From Fistulifera solaris (Eukaryota), in the NCBI GenBank assembly GCA_030295235.1, contig AP026138.1, positions 434,001 to 498,000 on the forward strand: a stretch of 64,000 nt of DNA. The letters are read 5' to 3'. Positions 1 through 11,748 of the stretch are shown here, in pieces (the stretch's first letter is position 1; each line of letters begins with the position of its first letter). A program made the position numbers and the translations under genes. Below the pieces are notes generated by a model. The model saw only the letters and a program-made list of their open reading frames with translations. It did no database searches and had not been told where the DNA came from.

Positions 1-86
1 AATTATGACAAAAAAAACAGTAGTGAAAAAAGGCAAGAGTTCCTCATCGCTGACGTGCCTCTAGTGGAACCTCAGCGGACCATTAT

Positions 87-1196
87 TTAAAGACCCGCAG
101 CTTTTTTCAGGTTCTCCATCAAATCATCGACATCGGATTTCGAATTCTTGGTATATCGACCTTCTGTAAAGAAAGGCCCGGCCATATGCTTGGGCTGCGT
201 CTTTCGGTCCAAATAGAATTCTCCACTTTGAATGTTTTCTCGCTTGGTACCGACGAGCCACGCCACACCTTCGGCTCCTTGCCAGGGTTCTCGCAAGGGA
301 TGTAAATACTTTTTCATGTCACCAAACGCTTCGTCGACAGCAGGAGTATCGGACCAACCGGGATGGGCCGTCACCCATTGCACGGCGGGTTCCGTCTCCG
401 TCAAGCGTTCGGCCAAGAGCACTTGGGCCCGTTTCGCGTACGCGTACACATTGACGCCGTTGTACTTCTCACCGGGGGCACTGGTGAGAACCTTCCACGA
501 TGGTAATTTGAAATTGTACATGCCACCGGATGTCACAAAGATGCAGCGTCCTTGGGCTGCTTTCAGCTGCGGTAATAACAATTGACTCAACAAGTAGCTT
601 CCTCCCAACAAGTGACTCGCAAAGGTTGCTTCATTGCCTTCACTGGTGTCGTTTCGTTCATTCAACAACACCCCCGCGTTACAAACCAAAGCATCGACTT
701 TTGTTTCTTGTTGTTGCAATTGTTGAACCGCGTCTCGAACTTGTTGAAGCTCGGCGACATCGACCAATACAATGTTCAAACGATCGCGCAAGGATGACGA
801 TGACGACGAGTCGTACGTTTCAATCTGTTTGATCATTTCGTCCTTGGCGGTAGCCGCACGTTCCTGACTCCGACACAACATGTAAACTTTGGCTCCTTTG
901 GCGGCCGCGTAGGTCGCAATTTCTTTCCGAGACCAGAATTGGCACCTGTCACGACCACGACTTTTTGCCGTAAATCTGTATTATCGGCATCAGCGTGTCC
1001 GGACGGAATGGCCGCGGCTTTCTGCACGGGGTCTTGGTATTCCTGAATGTGTCGCAAATAGCCCGTTCTATTGAGAAGTGGAAGAATGAGAAGGCAGTGC
1101 AATAAGACACGTCGATACATTCATTCGCTGCACGTACTGTGTGAAATGTTTCTTTCCGTAAAGAAAGAATTGCGTGGAAGAGATTGTTTGACCCAT
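87..1196 (-). CDS. Short-chain dehydrogenase/reductase, DHRS12-like
   Basis: ATG at 1196 (MGQTISS...), 70-bp intron 1068-1137, VVTGANSGLG Rossmann motif, NAG and YAYAK (YxxxK) motifs. A 1-nt frameshift near 921 joins the ORFs 833..1120 and 87..881. Confidence 0.85.
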
Positions 1197-1442
1197 ATTG
1201 ATGACACAAGAACAAACGACGAAGGAATGAAACAGGAGAAGCAAGTTGAAGATAGAGTTTGACGGTTTTGCAGTGAATGGATTCGAGAGGTTCTGGATCA
1301 AGAACATGAATAAGCACAGAGATGCATTATTTGATGATGATTCATCTCAACAGCAACCTGTTGTACTTTCCGAAGTCGCTGGAACAAAAGGTGTGTGCTC
1401 GCGTTGCGTGTTCTTGTTTTTTTAATCTGCATAACAAACAGG

Positions 1443-1466
1443 AGTGACTCAGTGAGCTGAGTCACT
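1443..1466. promoter_or_regulatory. Perfect 10-bp inverted repeat holding two TGACTCA (AP-1/GCN4-type bZIP) sites in a divergent promoter
   Basis: AGTGACTCAG-TGAG-CTGAGTCACT, between the divergent SDR and UROS starts. Function is inferred. Confidence 0.4.
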
Positions 1467-1707
1467 AGCGGAAGTCAATCGTAATTCCACTTCATCTCGC
1501 ACCGGTACCCGACCCGACGTCCGACGCACGGTCGATCGTTGAAGTCGCGATGGATCCGCGTAAATAGCGAAAAAAACATTTTCAGTTTCATTTTCTCCTT
1601 CACTATCTCCTCTCGCAACATAACGGTGAAGGCGTTCATTGTTTTATAGATTCTCTAATAGACACGTCGTTATTCTTTGGTCCAGTGACAAGCAGAACGC
1701 GCCTACG

Positions 1708-2598
1708 ATGCATGCTTTGTGCCATACGCTTCTTTGTTTCCTAGGGACATTCCACATTGCCGAGTCGTGGATTTCAACGACAAAATCACATCATCATCAT
1801 CACGCCACACCGTTGTTCAGTAGTTCCCAAGCATCCGAACAGTCCATAGTGGTAGCGGCGACACGGGAGCAGGGAAAGAATGAACAATTAATGAAAGGCA
1901 TACGCGGCATTCATTTGCATCCAGTCGAACTACCGTGCATTGCGCATGCCGACGGACCGGATTTTTCCTCGTTACAAGAAACCTTACAAAACAATCACTG
2001 GGATTATGTGACAATTACATCTCCCGAAGCGGCCCGTGTACTGTCGAGTGCGTGGCAACACTGCACATGGCCAACGCCTCCCGCCGTCGTGGCGGTGGGA
2101 AAAGCCACGGAAGATGCCTTACAAGCCGCCGGCATTGCGGTAGCCTTTTGTCCCTCCAAGGCCACGGCCGAAGTCCTCGTCCAAGAACTGCCTTTACCAT
2201 CGCAACAACAACAACAACCCAAGGTCTTGTATCCGGCCTCGGTGCGTGCGCAAACCACGTTACAAGATGGACTCACGCAACGAGGATTCACGGTCGTCCG
2301 CCTCAATACGTACGACACGGTCACGGCCCATTGGAACGAACACGAAACTGTCCAAGCGGCACAAGTACAGATTGCTTGTTTTGCGAGTCCATCGGCCGTG
2401 AAAGGGTGGTTATTGAATACGGAGAACAACAATGCCGTGTTGGCGGCGTGCATTGGTGAAACCAGTGCCAAAGCCTGTCGCGAACGAGGGTGGGACGAAG
2501 AACACATCTTTTATCCCGAAAAGCCCGGAATGGAAGGTTGGGTGAATGCGGTGGCCGAAGCCGCCGCATCGTTGGCTACGACACAGCCAACGCGATAG
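1708..2598 (+). CDS. hemD: Uroporphyrinogen-III synthase (HemD/UROS), probably plastid-targeted
   Basis: TREQGKN, ELPCI, ITSPEAA, AVGKAT, RLNTYDT, FASPSAV and CIGETSA motifs as in plant/algal UROS. Hydrophobic N-terminal presequence. Confidence 0.9.
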   Translation: MHALCHTLLCFLGTFHIAESWISTTKSHHHHHATPLFSSSQASEQSIVVAATREQGKNEQLMKGIRGIHLHPVELPCIAHADGPDFSSLQETLQNNHWDYVTITSPEAARVLSSAWQHCTWPTPPAVVAVGKATEDALQAAGIAVAFCPSKATAEVLVQELPLPSQQQQQPKVLYPASVRAQTTLQDGLTQRGFTVVRLNTYDTVTAHWNEHETVQAAQVQIACFASPSAVKGWLLNTENNNAVLAACIGETSAKACRERGWDEEHIFYPEKPGMEGWVNAVAEAAASLATTQPTR

Positions 2599-2736
2599 TT
2601 TCGAGTCGAATCAATAATAATATAATAACCAGCGCTTTTATAGAAAGTCCTGCGAAATTAATCGAATCATTGATTCGGTTTTTCAATGTACAACCTAATC
2701 GTTTAAACGAGCAATTCATGGTCGAATGCGTTTCGA

Positions 2737-4008
2737 CTAGTAATGAGATTCAACATGTTTCAAAAATCGTGATAATTCGTATTGCGCCCATGACGGAGGA
2801 GATATCCCGTTTTTCCGCAATCTTTCGTCCTCGGCTGTTTCTACTTGATGGAAGGAGTATCCCAGATGTCCACCATGTTCCGTTCGAACCATTTTGATGG
2901 GTGCTAATCCACCATGTTCCCGTGTTTTTTCGATGGGCCACACGGCTGGATCAAAGAAGGGATCATCCTTCGCTCCCAGTAATAAGGTTGGGACACAGAT
3001 CTTATCCAGGTAGTGAATACAAGACGTCTGACGATAATAGTCCCAACAATCTTCGAAGCCGTTGACACCTCGATGGAATGCATCGTCAAATTCGGTGACA
3101 GTTTGGGCCGCCATGGTCCGTCGAAAGTCAAACATATCCGTTTCTTCGTCACCGTCACACAAAATTTCCCACATCTTCCGCGTGCGCTTCTTGAGTTGTT
3201 TCAACAGATTGCCGGTGTAAATCACTCGATTGATTCCCGGTCGCGCCAAAAATTCCGCATTGCGATTTTGATCCAAAGGAGGACAGAGCGCAGCTGCTCC
3301 ACGGATATTGTAATCCAGTGCAGCCTGTTCGCCCATTTCACCCAAAGCTTTCAATACAACGTTTGCCCCCATGGAGAATCCCGCTAAATAAACCGGTGAT
3401 GTTGTGTTCTGTTTCGCCATTCGCGCCACGTAGTGATGCAGATCATCCGTAAAGCCCAAATGATAACCACTGAGTTTATTGTTGGGTGTACCCGAACATC
3501 CTCTAAAATTGAGACAAATGGCATGCATACCGATATCATTGAAGGCTTGCGCCATTTCCTGAGTATTCATGGACTCGGAATTGGATTCCAGTCCGTGGAA
3601 GATCAATACGGTGGGTGCGTCGGAACGGCTCACCCAGCGACTATCGACATGAAACCAATCACCGTCCGGTGTCTCGATGCGCTCTCGGTGATGCCAAAAC
3701 TGTGTCGATGCTTTGGGTCGTTGGACTTTGTCCACAATGGCGGCAGCGATGTGCTGCGCCGCTTCGAAATCGCCCGGGGGGAGATAGGCACAAGTCTCTT
3801 TGAGTAGGAAGCCTCCAATGGTCTGCACATGTTGATTTTTCAGCCAGGGTCGGAATTCGCTCGATTGGAAGGAATTGGCGATCGTCGCTGCTCGCTTTTG
3901 CAGGGAAAAATTTTGGGTTTGGCTACTGCTACTCAAAGCGTTTCCTGGAGGGAGACTCACGAGAGAGCAGAGAAGAATAAAACGAAGTCGAAGGCACCGT
4001 CTACCCAT
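2737..4008 (-). CDS. Alpha/beta hydrolase, ABHD1-3/YheT-like
   Basis: HGLES, NFRGC, GFSMG nucleophile elbow, DDPF and GGHLG motifs. N-terminal signal-like peptide. Confidence 0.88.
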   Translation of the reverse strand: MGRRCLRLRFILLCSLVSLPPGNALSSSSQTQNFSLQKRAATIANSFQSSEFRPWLKNQHVQTIGGFLLKETCAYLPPGDFEAAQHIAAAIVDKVQRPKASTQFWHHRERIETPDGDWFHVDSRWVSRSDAPTVLIFHGLESNSESMNTQEMAQAFNDIGMHAICLNFRGCSGTPNNKLSGYHLGFTDDLHHYVARMAKQNTTSPVYLAGFSMGANVVLKALGEMGEQAALDYNIRGAAALCPPLDQNRNAEFLARPGINRVIYTGNLLKQLKKRTRKMWEILCDGDEETDMFDFRRTMAAQTVTEFDDAFHRGVNGFEDCWDYYRQTSCIHYLDKICVPTLLLGAKDDPFFDPAVWPIEKTREHGGLAPIKMVRTEHGGHLGYSFHQVETAEDERLRKNGISPPSWAQYELSRFLKHVESHY

Positions 4009-4659
4009 ACTCTCTTGTGTGTCTTTATTAGCCTTGTTCGGTTGTTGTTTGAATCCTTCTGCTCTCTCTAGTAGAGAGTTCTACGCGCAACCAGTAAAGG
4101 GGTATAACATTGAGGCGAACCTCTCTTCGAAGAATTTTGTTGTGAGCTGTTGCAATTTTCAAAAAAAAAAAATAATGGTCGTCGTCATCGGCAAAATCCA
4201 AAAGCGGACCCAGTATAAGGTTAGAAGTATCTAGTAGTGCGGCGTGCGGCTAAGTTTTCCTTTTAAAACCTCTAGGTCTACTAGTGAAACAAAAATTAAG
4301 AACTCGAACGACTCGAACGACTTAACAATTCAAAGCTAGGAACGCACTATCAGCTACCAATCTCATTAAGCCTGCCGAGGAACTAGGAGGTATAGCAATT
4401 TAACAACACTCGGTTTTCTTCAAAGTGGTGTTTTTTAAAACTAATTGGGCAAACCATCGCCGAATTGATCTAACTTCGGCTAAGGACTGAACTGAGATGC
4501 AGAGTTAATCTGTATTAATGCATAATCTAGTTTACATGGCTAATATAATATAGAGATATAACTCACTTCAAGGTAGCTTGTGGAAGGCGGCGCGACTCCT
4601 CTATCCATTTCTGATAGTTTCCCCTTCCCCAAAAGCGTCAAGAATGAATAGCAAACACC

Positions 4660-5136
4660 TCAAAAACTCATACTTCGAGGTCTCGTTTCGGCAGGATCCA
4701 CATCCATAGCATCCGTCTCGGAACTCAAAAACCCTTCCAATTTGCTCCCCGATAATTGTTTTCGTAAATGAATCCGACGATGTCCTTCCCCTCCGGTCCA
4801 CGGTAAAGTCGAAGCATCGCCTCCTACTAAAGATCCCATCGTACTCGTAAATGTCGTGGGTATTTTCCTGGGTGCAATATAATCATTGGGTCGTATTTTC
4901 TTTTGCAACGACGAGTTGGTCGTCGTCTCGGTGCTACAACTGTACAAATCGTCCGATTCGGTGCGTGTTCGTTTGCTGTCGACGAACGAAAAGAGTGGAT
5001 TGTGCGGAGGAGCTGTCGGTGTTATCATAAATTGGGCTGGAAACGTCATGTTACTGTTCACCGCAGCTGCGGATGTGGCCGGTGTAACCGCGAAGGGACG
5101 TTTCTCCTGTTCGTTCGATGTCATGGAGAGCAGCAT
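4660..5136 (-). CDS. Hypothetical low-complexity (probably disordered) protein
   Basis: 158-aa ATG-initiated ORF rich in S/T/P, ending RPRSMSF. No family recognised. Confidence 0.55.
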   Translation of the reverse strand: MLLSMTSNEQEKRPFAVTPATSAAAVNSNMTFPAQFMITPTAPPHNPLFSFVDSKRTRTESDDLYSCSTETTTNSSLQKKIRPNDYIAPRKIPTTFTSTMGSLVGGDASTLPWTGGEGHRRIHLRKQLSGSKLEGFLSSETDAMDVDPAETRPRSMSF

Positions 5137-5768
5137 GAAGACTTTGTTCTTCCTTGCTAGCGCGTAACAAACTTGTACCGATCGCTAGATGAGCGGGGAT
5201 ACTAGAGATTGAAAGATGTCTTCAATCGATTCGAATAGAAATTGTTGCGTCCCTATGTTCAGGTAGGCGCGGCTGTTTGTGTGTCATGTTGAAACATACT
5301 CCGCCTCACTTCCGGACTATCCCTTATTTCACCGCGGCAATATTTCGAGATCTCGAAAATCTGGAAAACGAAAGGTCCACTCTACATTCTATCCCTATAC
5401 CGACTTTTCTAGAGTACATTCTTGTATTGACGGTCCGGTGATAGCGAAGTGTAAAGGCATCTGACCAGTATCTGGTCACGGAGTACACGGAAACCTACAT
5501 AAGGCTACTACGTAATACATAGAGAAGAATGCTGACGTCACAAGAAGAGCATGTCTGCATTCTGCATTGGTTTAACCTTAAACTTTAGTAGATCAAGAAC
5601 GGAAAATAGGGCATTGAGCATCGCGTCTTTTGCATTGCCTTGCGGTCTTTTGCTCTGCTCTGTTTCATTGCCTTTTATTGTTGTTAATTACTATCTTCTT
5701 GCCTCTCACAACAAGTAGTTTTTCTTTGTTTTCTGCTTGCTATCCGTTGAAACTCGCCTAGTAGGTCA

Positions 5769-7265
5769 TTGCGGGCGTCAACGAAAGAAAATGAATTGAT
5801 TTATCGGAAGACTGTCACTACTTCTCCCCGTAGAATGAAGCTTGCTCGCACATTGATTCTTTCTCTCATACATTCGGGGGCATTGCGAGAAGAAAATTTT
5901 TCGAAGCGGAGATCGATTCATCATGTGATTTCTTCTGAAAAAGACAGTCTCGAAGATGATAACTACTTCTTCGGAGCGATCTCGGACGCCGAGGCGTTGT
6001 TGGCCTGCCACGCGTTTTTGAGGCGTAAGAAGCGTCTCGAATGGACGGGAGCGGCGGAACGCCGACGACGACAGGAGCAAGCCATTGCTGCGGCAGACGA
6101 AGGACCCTTGTCCGGTCTTCGACCAGCGGGGTTTTTCTGGGAGGATCGTTCGCAGCTGCCTCATGTGGGCCTTTCGGATGATTCATATCGAGAACAGGAC
6201 AATAATATTGAAAGAAGCAGTGATTTGGAGAAGGAAAAGAAAAGTACTACAATATCCTCGGTGGGTGATTGGGCGCTCGTGGAGGAGGAAGATGAGCTGG
6301 AAGAGCCACTATCTACTTGGGAAAGCTTGATTGCCCCGGATAAAACGAGTCGTTTTTCACTTCCCATTGACGAAGAGGACGAAGAGACAAGCTTTGTCGT
6401 GGATGATTTTTCCGCCATAGATTACGTGCCATCGGTTTCACACACACGTCGTTCACAGGCGGCATTGCGCCGGTGGTCAGATCCTGCTTGGAAAGAAAAG
6501 TGGTGGAATCGCCGGTGGGGCGATAAGAAACCTAACCTACCCTCAGAGAAGCAGAAACTCAACAATTCTCGTCAAAGACGAACCGAAATGAGAGTCAGAA
6601 AACTGAATCCCGAGGAACTCTTGGCTAGTCCTGAAATGGCAGAACTATCACCGGACGAAATTGCCGAAGCTATACGGACGTACCGACTGGCCAAGCTGAA
6701 GCGATCAAGGTCGCGACGAAAATTTCTGGATCAACGAAATGATAATGTGACTAAGGATTATGCAAAATCTTCTGAAGATGATAGTTCCTCACCTATACCA
6801 AGGGACTATTTCGCACAATCTGATGAAAACCAGCTGCGAGAAATTCAGCGAATACGGTCGGAACGCGCTAAAGAAATATATAGAAAACGCTTGGAGAATG
6901 ATTCGTATGCCCGTACGAATGGCGTTAAACGAAGGAGTAGAACATTTGAGTTGGTTTCTCCGGACGAATCTCTTCCAGTGGCAACCACTCCAAAAGAAGC
7001 CCTCAGCAAAATCAACGCATCCCTGGACGCCTATCGCTATCCGTCAATTCACGATGTTGAACTCCTTTTATCTTCCAGTCGACTGGCGAAACGAAAAGAA
7101 ACGCTTATACGTATTCTCAAGGACTGCTTCGGCTTACGGGGGAAATGCGTTCCGTCCATAAAAGCGGGAAATGAAAGTACGATGCTTTTTGTTACTGATT
7201 GTCCTATCGACGTGCTGGGGGCGTTTGTGCTACAAAATTTGGAAGATAATCATAGTCAAAGGTAA
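5769..7265 (+). CDS. Hypothetical charged protein; true 5' end uncertain
   Basis: 498-codon open frame with acidic and basic blocks and a RWSDPAWKEKWW motif. No family confidently recognised. Confidence 0.7.
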   Translation: MRASTKENELIYRKTVTTSPRRMKLARTLILSLIHSGALREENFSKRRSIHHVISSEKDSLEDDNYFFGAISDAEALLACHAFLRRKKRLEWTGAAERRRRQEQAIAAADEGPLSGLRPAGFFWEDRSQLPHVGLSDDSYREQDNNIERSSDLEKEKKSTTISSVGDWALVEEEDELEEPLSTWESLIAPDKTSRFSLPIDEEDEETSFVVDDFSAIDYVPSVSHTRRSQAALRRWSDPAWKEKWWNRRWGDKKPNLPSEKQKLNNSRQRRTEMRVRKLNPEELLASPEMAELSPDEIAEAIRTYRLAKLKRSRSRRKFLDQRNDNVTKDYAKSSEDDSSSPIPRDYFAQSDENQLREIQRIRSERAKEIYRKRLENDSYARTNGVKRRSRTFELVSPDESLPVATTPKEALSKINASLDAYRYPSIHDVELLLSSSRLAKRKETLIRILKDCFGLRGKCVPSIKAGNESTMLFVTDCPIDVLGAFVLQNLEDNHSQR

Positions 7266-7389
7266 CATGTGTCCTGGCAAGATATTCATTTCGAGCAAAT
7301 CGCCATGCTCTTCAACATAAATGCTAATCATGACTTGCATAATGCACAAACTTATTACGCAACTTATTATACAACTTATTATTACTGGT

Positions 7390-8286
7390 CTAAGCTGCTG
7401 CACTAGCCACAAGGAGTACCTGTCGCTGTTGTTGAATTTCGGCTGTTTTCTTTATTTTGTAGTCCATAACTTTCTCCCATTTGCTGCGAGCGGTCTTGTA
7501 AAGATCCATAGCAGCCATCGCATCTTCGTATGGACTATGTGGAGCTCCAGGGACTTGTATCTCTCGTGATAGCTTTTCGCTGGCCAAGTCTCGTAATCGA
7601 CGAGGCCACAAAACACCATCGTCAAAGCGAGTTTTCATGAATGGTTCATATTTAGCCGTGTCGCGGGTAGCCTGCCAGTCGTGACGGATACCGAGGGCGT
7701 GTAGATCATTCTTCAGAGCATGACCCACGAGAATTTTACCCTCCAAGTGATCTAGAACGAGTTTTCGACAGCTCTCCAAATCAATAGCATCATGATGCGT
7801 ATAATCATTGGCAGTAATCCCCGATACAAAGGTACGATAGTCCGTTATTTCTCGGTCGGGTTTCACGTATCGGTCGAATACAATATTTCCATCCCAATCC
7901 ACGATTGTGACCCTGGCCACAGCCGACTGGATACCATTTTCTCCCACACCCACCATTTCACAATCCAACGCCACGTAGCGCGACTTCTCTTCCTGAGGTA
8001 TCTCAGGGTGTCCTTTCGATTCTCGTTTCTGCCTTTCAAAGAACACGACGAAGCCTGCGAACGGCCACCTGACGACCCACTGCTATCCGATTCAATTGAC
8101 AAATCGCCGCTCGAGTTCTTGCGAGGACGACGATTGCGATTGCGTTTTCTAGCAGGACTACGCTTCTGATTCGTCACAATCTGAAAAGAATTCGTGTCAG
8201 ATGTTGTCATTTTCTTCAAAAGATAGCGAAAGGGTGTGGAATGTCGTCTTGTGTCGTACCTCGTTCTCTTCTTGGGGGGCGGCCAT
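7390..8286 (-). CDS. DEDDh RNA exonuclease, REX4/ISG20-like
   Basis: ALDCEMVG, LVGHALKND, RDTA and HSPYEDA motifs. The basic N-terminus lies in another frame (frameshift near 7990-8040). The start at 8286 is tentative. Confidence 0.88.
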
Positions 8287-9153
8287 GGCTAAATGTATTT
8301 GAAGTAAGTTCTATTTGTTGTTATCGATTGCTTACTGAGAGATTTGTGAGCTTTGGATTATGAGCTGATGCAAAAGAATAATTGGAAATGACTGTCTTTT
8401 GTTGGCTGGCAGATTGGTTGGTGATGATGTGTAGGGACTGATGTCGGCCGACTGATCTCATGGAATTCTGATGTCACACAAAAGATCGAAAGATACCACC
8501 TACAATCAATCCTATAGTAAGGAGGTGCAACGGAGCGGTCTTTTCAGTCCCGGTCTCGATCGGAAGTACAAGAACGGAGAAATGAGAAGCCGGAGGAAGG
8601 TTTCGCCTGTCCAAGAGTACTTATTCGAGTACCGAGCGGTAGATCTACCTTATAAGCAAAATGTCGAATAAGAATAGCGAATGTATTCTATGGAACACGC
8701 AACACGTGGCTTCGGAAATCCGTCAATGTGAGTCAGTGCAACAGCTGGGACTTCAAACGTGGCACTCATGGTGTTACCGTTACGACACGGCTACGTATTC
8801 GTAAAACAAGTATGCATATATCGTATACCGAACGACACATTTCACTTTTTTTGCTTAGTTCTCTGATGGTCATTTACAACCACACTAGTTTGATGTGTAC
8901 TAAGGCATTCTCAAAACTTGTGGCCTTTTGAAAGTCATTTCAAAGTTGCTCACGGGAATTGTTTAGTCGGTCTAGAAGCCTCGACTATAGCGTATTAAGT
9001 ACCTTCGTATCTTGGCAAGTCTCCGACGGGCCGACCGGTCATCGCCGTGTCGATGCTAAAAAACGATGAAGAACTGCACCTCATTCTAACTCCATCTCGA
9101 AGAAACATATCAAGCCTGTACCCATTCAACAACAATAATACAACACCGCCAAG

Positions 9154-10014
9154 ATGGATTTTATGTTCTTTGTAAACAAAAACAAGGAGAAGGAGGCAGT
9201 CAAAGCCAAGGAGCGCGAGGAGAAGGCCAAGCTCAAAGATGTCTCTATCACAGAAACGGCCGAAACGAATGTCCGTAAAGAGCAGTGGAACCGTGAATTA
9301 GGTGCCAAGGCGACCGTCCGTGATACTATCGCGAACCTGAAAGACGTCCAGATCACCGAAACGGCCGAAACCAACGTCCGTAAGGAGCAGTGGAACCGTG
9401 AATTGGATTCCAAGGCAACCGTGCGCGACACCATTGCCAATCTCAAGGACGTTCAGATTACCGAAACGGCCGAAACAAATGTTCGCAAGGAACAATGGAC
9501 CCGAGAGTTGGATGCCAAGGCTCTCGCTCGTGATACTAAGGCCAACCTCAAGGACGTTCAGATCACCGAAACTGCCGAATTGGAAATCAGAAAGCAGCAA
9601 CACGAACAAGTAAGTCTTGCGCGTCGTATCCAAGCAAACGACAAGTGCAGTCTCTGTTGAAGACGAATCCGAAAATGATTTCTTCTTTGTGATGTAAGAT
9701 TTACTAACTCTAACTCTTGCTCTCCCTTTTTCTTTTGACGACTTTCAGGCCAAGAACTGGGTGGCCACAGGACGAGACACCAAGGCGAACCTCAAGGACG
9801 TCAACATGGCGACGGCCGTCATCGAAACCGAAATCCGCAAGGAACAGCACGAACGAGTAAGTTGCATGATGTTTTATAATGTAAAAACGTTTTCGTGAAG
9901 ATTTCTGACCGTTATTCTGTTTTCTTCTCTTTAGGAAAAAGCTGCGAAGCAAGTCGCCAGAGAAACCATCAAAAGAACGAGGATATCAACATGGCGAAGG
10001 CTGTATTCGGCTAA
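9154..10014 (+). CDS. Three-exon protein built of ~35-aa tandem repeats
   Basis: Exons 9154-9609, 9749-9856 and 9935-10014 with phase-0 GT-AG introns. Repeat unit LKDVQITETAETNVRKEQWNRELDAKATVRDTIAN. Exon 3 needs one extra A in the run near 9970 to read ...KKNEDINMAKAVFG*. Confidence 0.8.
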
Positions 10015-10617
10015 GCCACACTATTGTGGCTTGTACCGCTCGTATCGGAATTGTGTCCGATATATATACTCAAAAGAATATAACTATTGATTTAGCATGT
10101 GACAAAATGTGACGCCTCTCTGTTTCTGTAGATAGATATGATCGTTGGCAGCGACAAGTTTGTACGATGATGATGTGCATCCTATTTTAAAGCTGCATCC
10201 TTGGCAGCACAAAGTTCTGTTTCTTCGTCCCTAACATTAGATTGTCGATGTATACTCTAATTAGGAATAGAAGATGACGTGCTTCGCACCTGATGGCGCA
10301 TCGAAATCAATTCACTTTTTGAAACGATTTCTCTTGCGAGTAAAACTGATTGGTTGGCATTATTAATGGATCAAAATCCTTCCAAATCAGTGCCCCGAGT
10401 TTCATTATCAAACAATCACGGGACATGCATGCGCATGCGTGCATGCATGCAAACAGGAACTCTGTGCCTGTCCTTCAACCGTATTAGCGCCAAACATCAA
10501 GCAAAAATCTCTCGACAAAACTTCAACTTGACGGCGCATCGCGATAATGAAAAACAGACAACAAGGACAAGTTGATGCCAAGGTTTTTCCGATCACTCCG
10601 TTCCCACTCATAATAAC

Positions 10618-11356
10618 ATGAAGATGCAAAAATTAGCCATTTGTCTTACATTCTGGCTCGGCGCGACCTGTGATGCTTTCGTGGTGCGTTCCATGGTGCG
10701 AAACAACAACTGGATGATCCGAGAATCATCGGTGACAACAGCCGAAGAAGCGTTTGAAACAATAGGCATCGAACAGGAGCAACTGGCCATCGGAATTGAT
10801 CCGAGGGAATTTTTGAATTACATTGGGACGTAAGTGAATCTGGGCTGAGTGCAATCATGATGAATTTTTGGGTTTCTAATTCCGTTTACGATCTATACAC
10901 AGTAAGCAGGATCTTCTACAAAAGACCATGAATGATATTCCTTCGTTTGACGAAGAACGAGCAAAGAAAGAAGTCGAAAAGTTTTTATTAGACAAAGAGG
11001 CGGTAGGAATGTACATTCAATTTCAGAAAATGCGTGAACAAGATCCCAATTTTGTCGTACCTTCGGAAGAAGAACGAGACGAAGGATTGTTCAGTTTCCG
11101 AAATATTCTTATCTTGTACTCGATCTATTTGGCATATCAAATACTTCCGAATCTATTCTTGACATGGGTTGCCAAGAAACAGGAGACTGGAAGTTGGGAA
11201 GGAACGAATATTCCTTTGATCGATCAATGGATTGTTGACAAACTAGCGGAAAAAGCTGCCGCTGCCGCTGGAGCTGCCGCAGAATCAGTTAGCTCGGCAT
11301 CCGAACTAGTATCACTTGCTGTTGCGCACTCGTTGCCCTTCAATTTACCAATGTAA
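10618..11356 (+). CDS. Putative plastid-targeted membrane protein of unknown function
   Basis: Signal peptide ending CDA-F, intron 10830-10902 that joins two ORFs in frame, one hydrophobic TM-like segment. Confidence 0.75.
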
Positions 11357-11748
11357 TTGGGAAGACTAAACATCTTGAAAGTCTAGACAGACACTTTAGC
11401 TGAATCACTACCACGTCAACATCGTTTTCGTCAAACAAAGCTGTATTCCCCAACATTGCATCAATTGTGCTTCTTATGGAATGGTGGCTATACTCTTGAA
11501 AAAGATAGGATTTGATTTTCTGAATGAATAAACAAAAAGGAAAGACTTATTGTTCGTAGGCGGAGGCGGGACTGTTATCGGGTACCGGTATCGGTTACAT
11601 TTCGGTACGACAATGTCGCAGTTTCTCGGCAAATGCGAGACGACAAAAAATGAAAGATGCACATGGCCCGTATTAATCACAAACACGATCCTAAACATTT
11701 ATTTTATCATTAGACCTTCATTACTTTGTCATTTCTATCATTTGACTT

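Noticed and set aside
4487..4502. Possible extra repeat-family cores (ACTGAGATGCAG near 4491; CTCAGTCATG near 12986)
   Set aside because: Only 10-12 bp match and the flanks do not align, so they were not counted.
6465..6525. NUMOD3/homing-endonuclease-like motif in the 498-aa ORF (RWSDPAWKEKW)
   Set aside because: The resemblance is too short and no nuclease domain is visible.
10424..10451. ATGC-type palindromic run (CATGCATGCGCATGCGTGCATGCATGCA)
   Set aside because: Short, low-complexity and single-copy. No support for a function.
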